Positions 15,604 to 16,727 of a stretch of 16,727 bases of DNA are shown in pieces. This DNA is from Candidatus Eiseniibacteriota bacterium (lineage in GTDB: Bacteria > Eisenbacteria > RBG-16-71-46), in NCBI GenBank assembly GCA_031366795.1, contig JANLOX010000187.1, forward strand, positions 1-16,727, read 5' to 3'. The notes under the pieces were generated by a model. That model had not been told where the DNA came from. It saw only the letters and a list, made by a program, of their open reading frames with translations, and did not search any database. The stretch's first letter is position 1. Each line of letters begins with the position of its first letter. A program made the position numbers and the translations under genes.

Positions 15604-15638
15604 ACTGAATCGCCGCGCGTCACGGCCCCGGGTTGAGC
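15585..15638. repeat. 19-bp inverted repeat formed by the 3' ends of the convergent ileS and kinase genes
   Basis: GCTCAACCCCGGGCTGTGA (15585-15603) versus TCACGGCCCCGGGTTGAGC (15620-15638): 17/19 complementary with a 16-nt loop. Confidence 0.7.
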
Positions 15639-16273
15639 TTCATCTCGACCTGCGGCGGATAGCGGCGCTTCAGGTCGTTGACGAGGGAGCGGAACGCCGG
15701 CGTCTCGCCTTGCAGCGGGACCGCCTCGGTGTCGATTTCCAGCACCTCCGTCCCGGCGCGCGCGCGGCGCATCCAGTCGTCGTAGGCGTGGTTCAAGCGC
15801 GCGATGTAGTCAATGGTGATCGCCTGCTCGCTCGCCCTGCCGCGCTTGGCGATGCGTTGCATCAGCGACTCTGGGGTAGCGCGCAGGTAGAGGATCAGGT
15901 CGGGCTTGCGCAGGAAGCCCACCATGCAGTCGAATAGCGCGACGTAGTTGGCGTAGTCGACCTCGGTCATCGAGCCTTGCGCCCGCAGGGTGCGCGCGAA
16001 GATCTCGGCGTCCTCGTAAATCGTGCGGTCCTGGATGAACGGAATAGGGCTGCGGCCGATCTCGACCTGAGCCTTGAAGCGCTCGCTCAGGAAGTAGATC
16101 TGCAGATGGAAGCTCCACCGCGCCATGTTCTGGTAGAACGAGTCGAGGTAGGGATTCTGGATCACCGGCTCGTAGTAGGCCGCCCAGTTCAACTCTTCGC
16201 TGAGCCGGTTGGTGAGCTCGGTCTTGCCCACGCCGATGTTGCCTGCGATGGCGAGAAAGTATCCTTGCTGCAC
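15620..16273 (-). CDS. Deoxynucleoside kinase (dNK; dCK/dGK/dAK family), 217 aa
   Basis: P-loop AIAGNIGVGKT, NPYLDSFY...RWSFHLQIYFL, QDRTIYED, PDLILYL, lid RIAKRGR. GTG start with GGGAGG RBS. Confidence 0.95.
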   Translation of the reverse strand: MQQGYFLAIAGNIGVGKTELTNRLSEELNWAAYYEPVIQNPYLDSFYQNMARWSFHLQIYFLSERFKAQVEIGRSPIPFIQDRTIYEDAEIFARTLRAQGSMTEVDYANYVALFDCMVGFLRKPDLILYLRATPESLMQRIAKRGRASEQAITIDYIARLNHAYDDWMRRARAGTEVLEIDTEAVPLQGETPAFRSLVNDLKRRYPPQVEMKLNPGP

Positions 16274-16346
16274 GTCACGCCTCCCTGCCGCTCAAAGTGG
16301 TCGCGCACCATCGAAGACCGTAATAAACCACATCCGGCAGCAGAGT

Positions 16347-16727
16347 TCACGAACCCGGCGGCAACTCCCGCAGTGCCGGCGCGTCATCCGGGTCACCGGC
16401 TTGCGGCTCGGGATCGTGCTCCGCTTCGGCCTCGGCCATGTCGGGACGACGGAACTTGCCCGCGTCGATCGCATGCTTGCGCAGCAAGTCATGAAACGTC
16501 GGACGACTCACATCGACGTCGCGCGCCGCGCGCGTGATGTTGCCGGCGTTGCGCGTCAGCGCATCGATGATCAGTTCCCGCTCTGCCTGTTCGCGCGCCT
16601 CGGTGAGCGAGCGGGGCCGCGGATCCTGGCGCTCGGCCAACTCGAGGTCCTCGGGCCGCAGGTAGGTGTCCTGCCCAAGGATCACCGCACGCTGCACGCG
16701 GTTCTCAAGTTCGCGCACATTGCCAGG
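16347..16727 (-). CDS. sigma54-dependent (NtrC/Fis family) transcriptional regulator, C-terminal part; resembles PrsR-type regulators
   Basis: PGNVRELENRVQRAVI (end of the AAA+ domain) and Fis-type HTH ALTRNAGNITRAARDVDVSRPTFHDLLRKH. 5'-truncated by the window. Confidence 0.9.
   Translation of the reverse strand, partial: PGNVRELENRVQRAVILGQDTYLRPEDLELAERQDPRPRSLTEAREQAERELIIDALTRNAGNITRAARDVDVSRPTFHDLLRKHAIDAGKFRRPDMAEAEAEHDPEPQAGDPDDAPALRELPPGS

Overview
GC-rich bacterial chromosomal window from a diderm organism. The beta-barrel OMP, GWxTD protein and T9SS-like C-terminal domain suggest an FCB-related candidate lineage such as Ca. Eisenbacteria (inference only). Gene order: 3' end of a Glu/Leu/Phe/Val dehydrogenase (+); an outer-membrane beta-barrel protein with a long structured leader (-); a coupled GWxTD protein / SH3-NlpC/P60 peptidase pair (-); then on + an M6 metalloprotease, an M23 peptidase, an SdrD-B/FG-GAP-like secreted protein, an HNH endonuclease gene, a complete Ile (AUC) T-box riboswitch and ileS; then on - a deoxynucleoside kinase and the 3' end of a sigma54-dependent regulator. 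The most unusual part is 10.5-12.4 kb. There an HNH nuclease with a RuvA-domain-III-like C-terminus is bracketed by a perfect 21-bp inverted repeat built on a TCCCCGGGGA palindrome, and carries three in-frame 39-nt palindrome-containing units, two of them with the same core. This looks like a candidate palindrome-associated selfish or recombination element.
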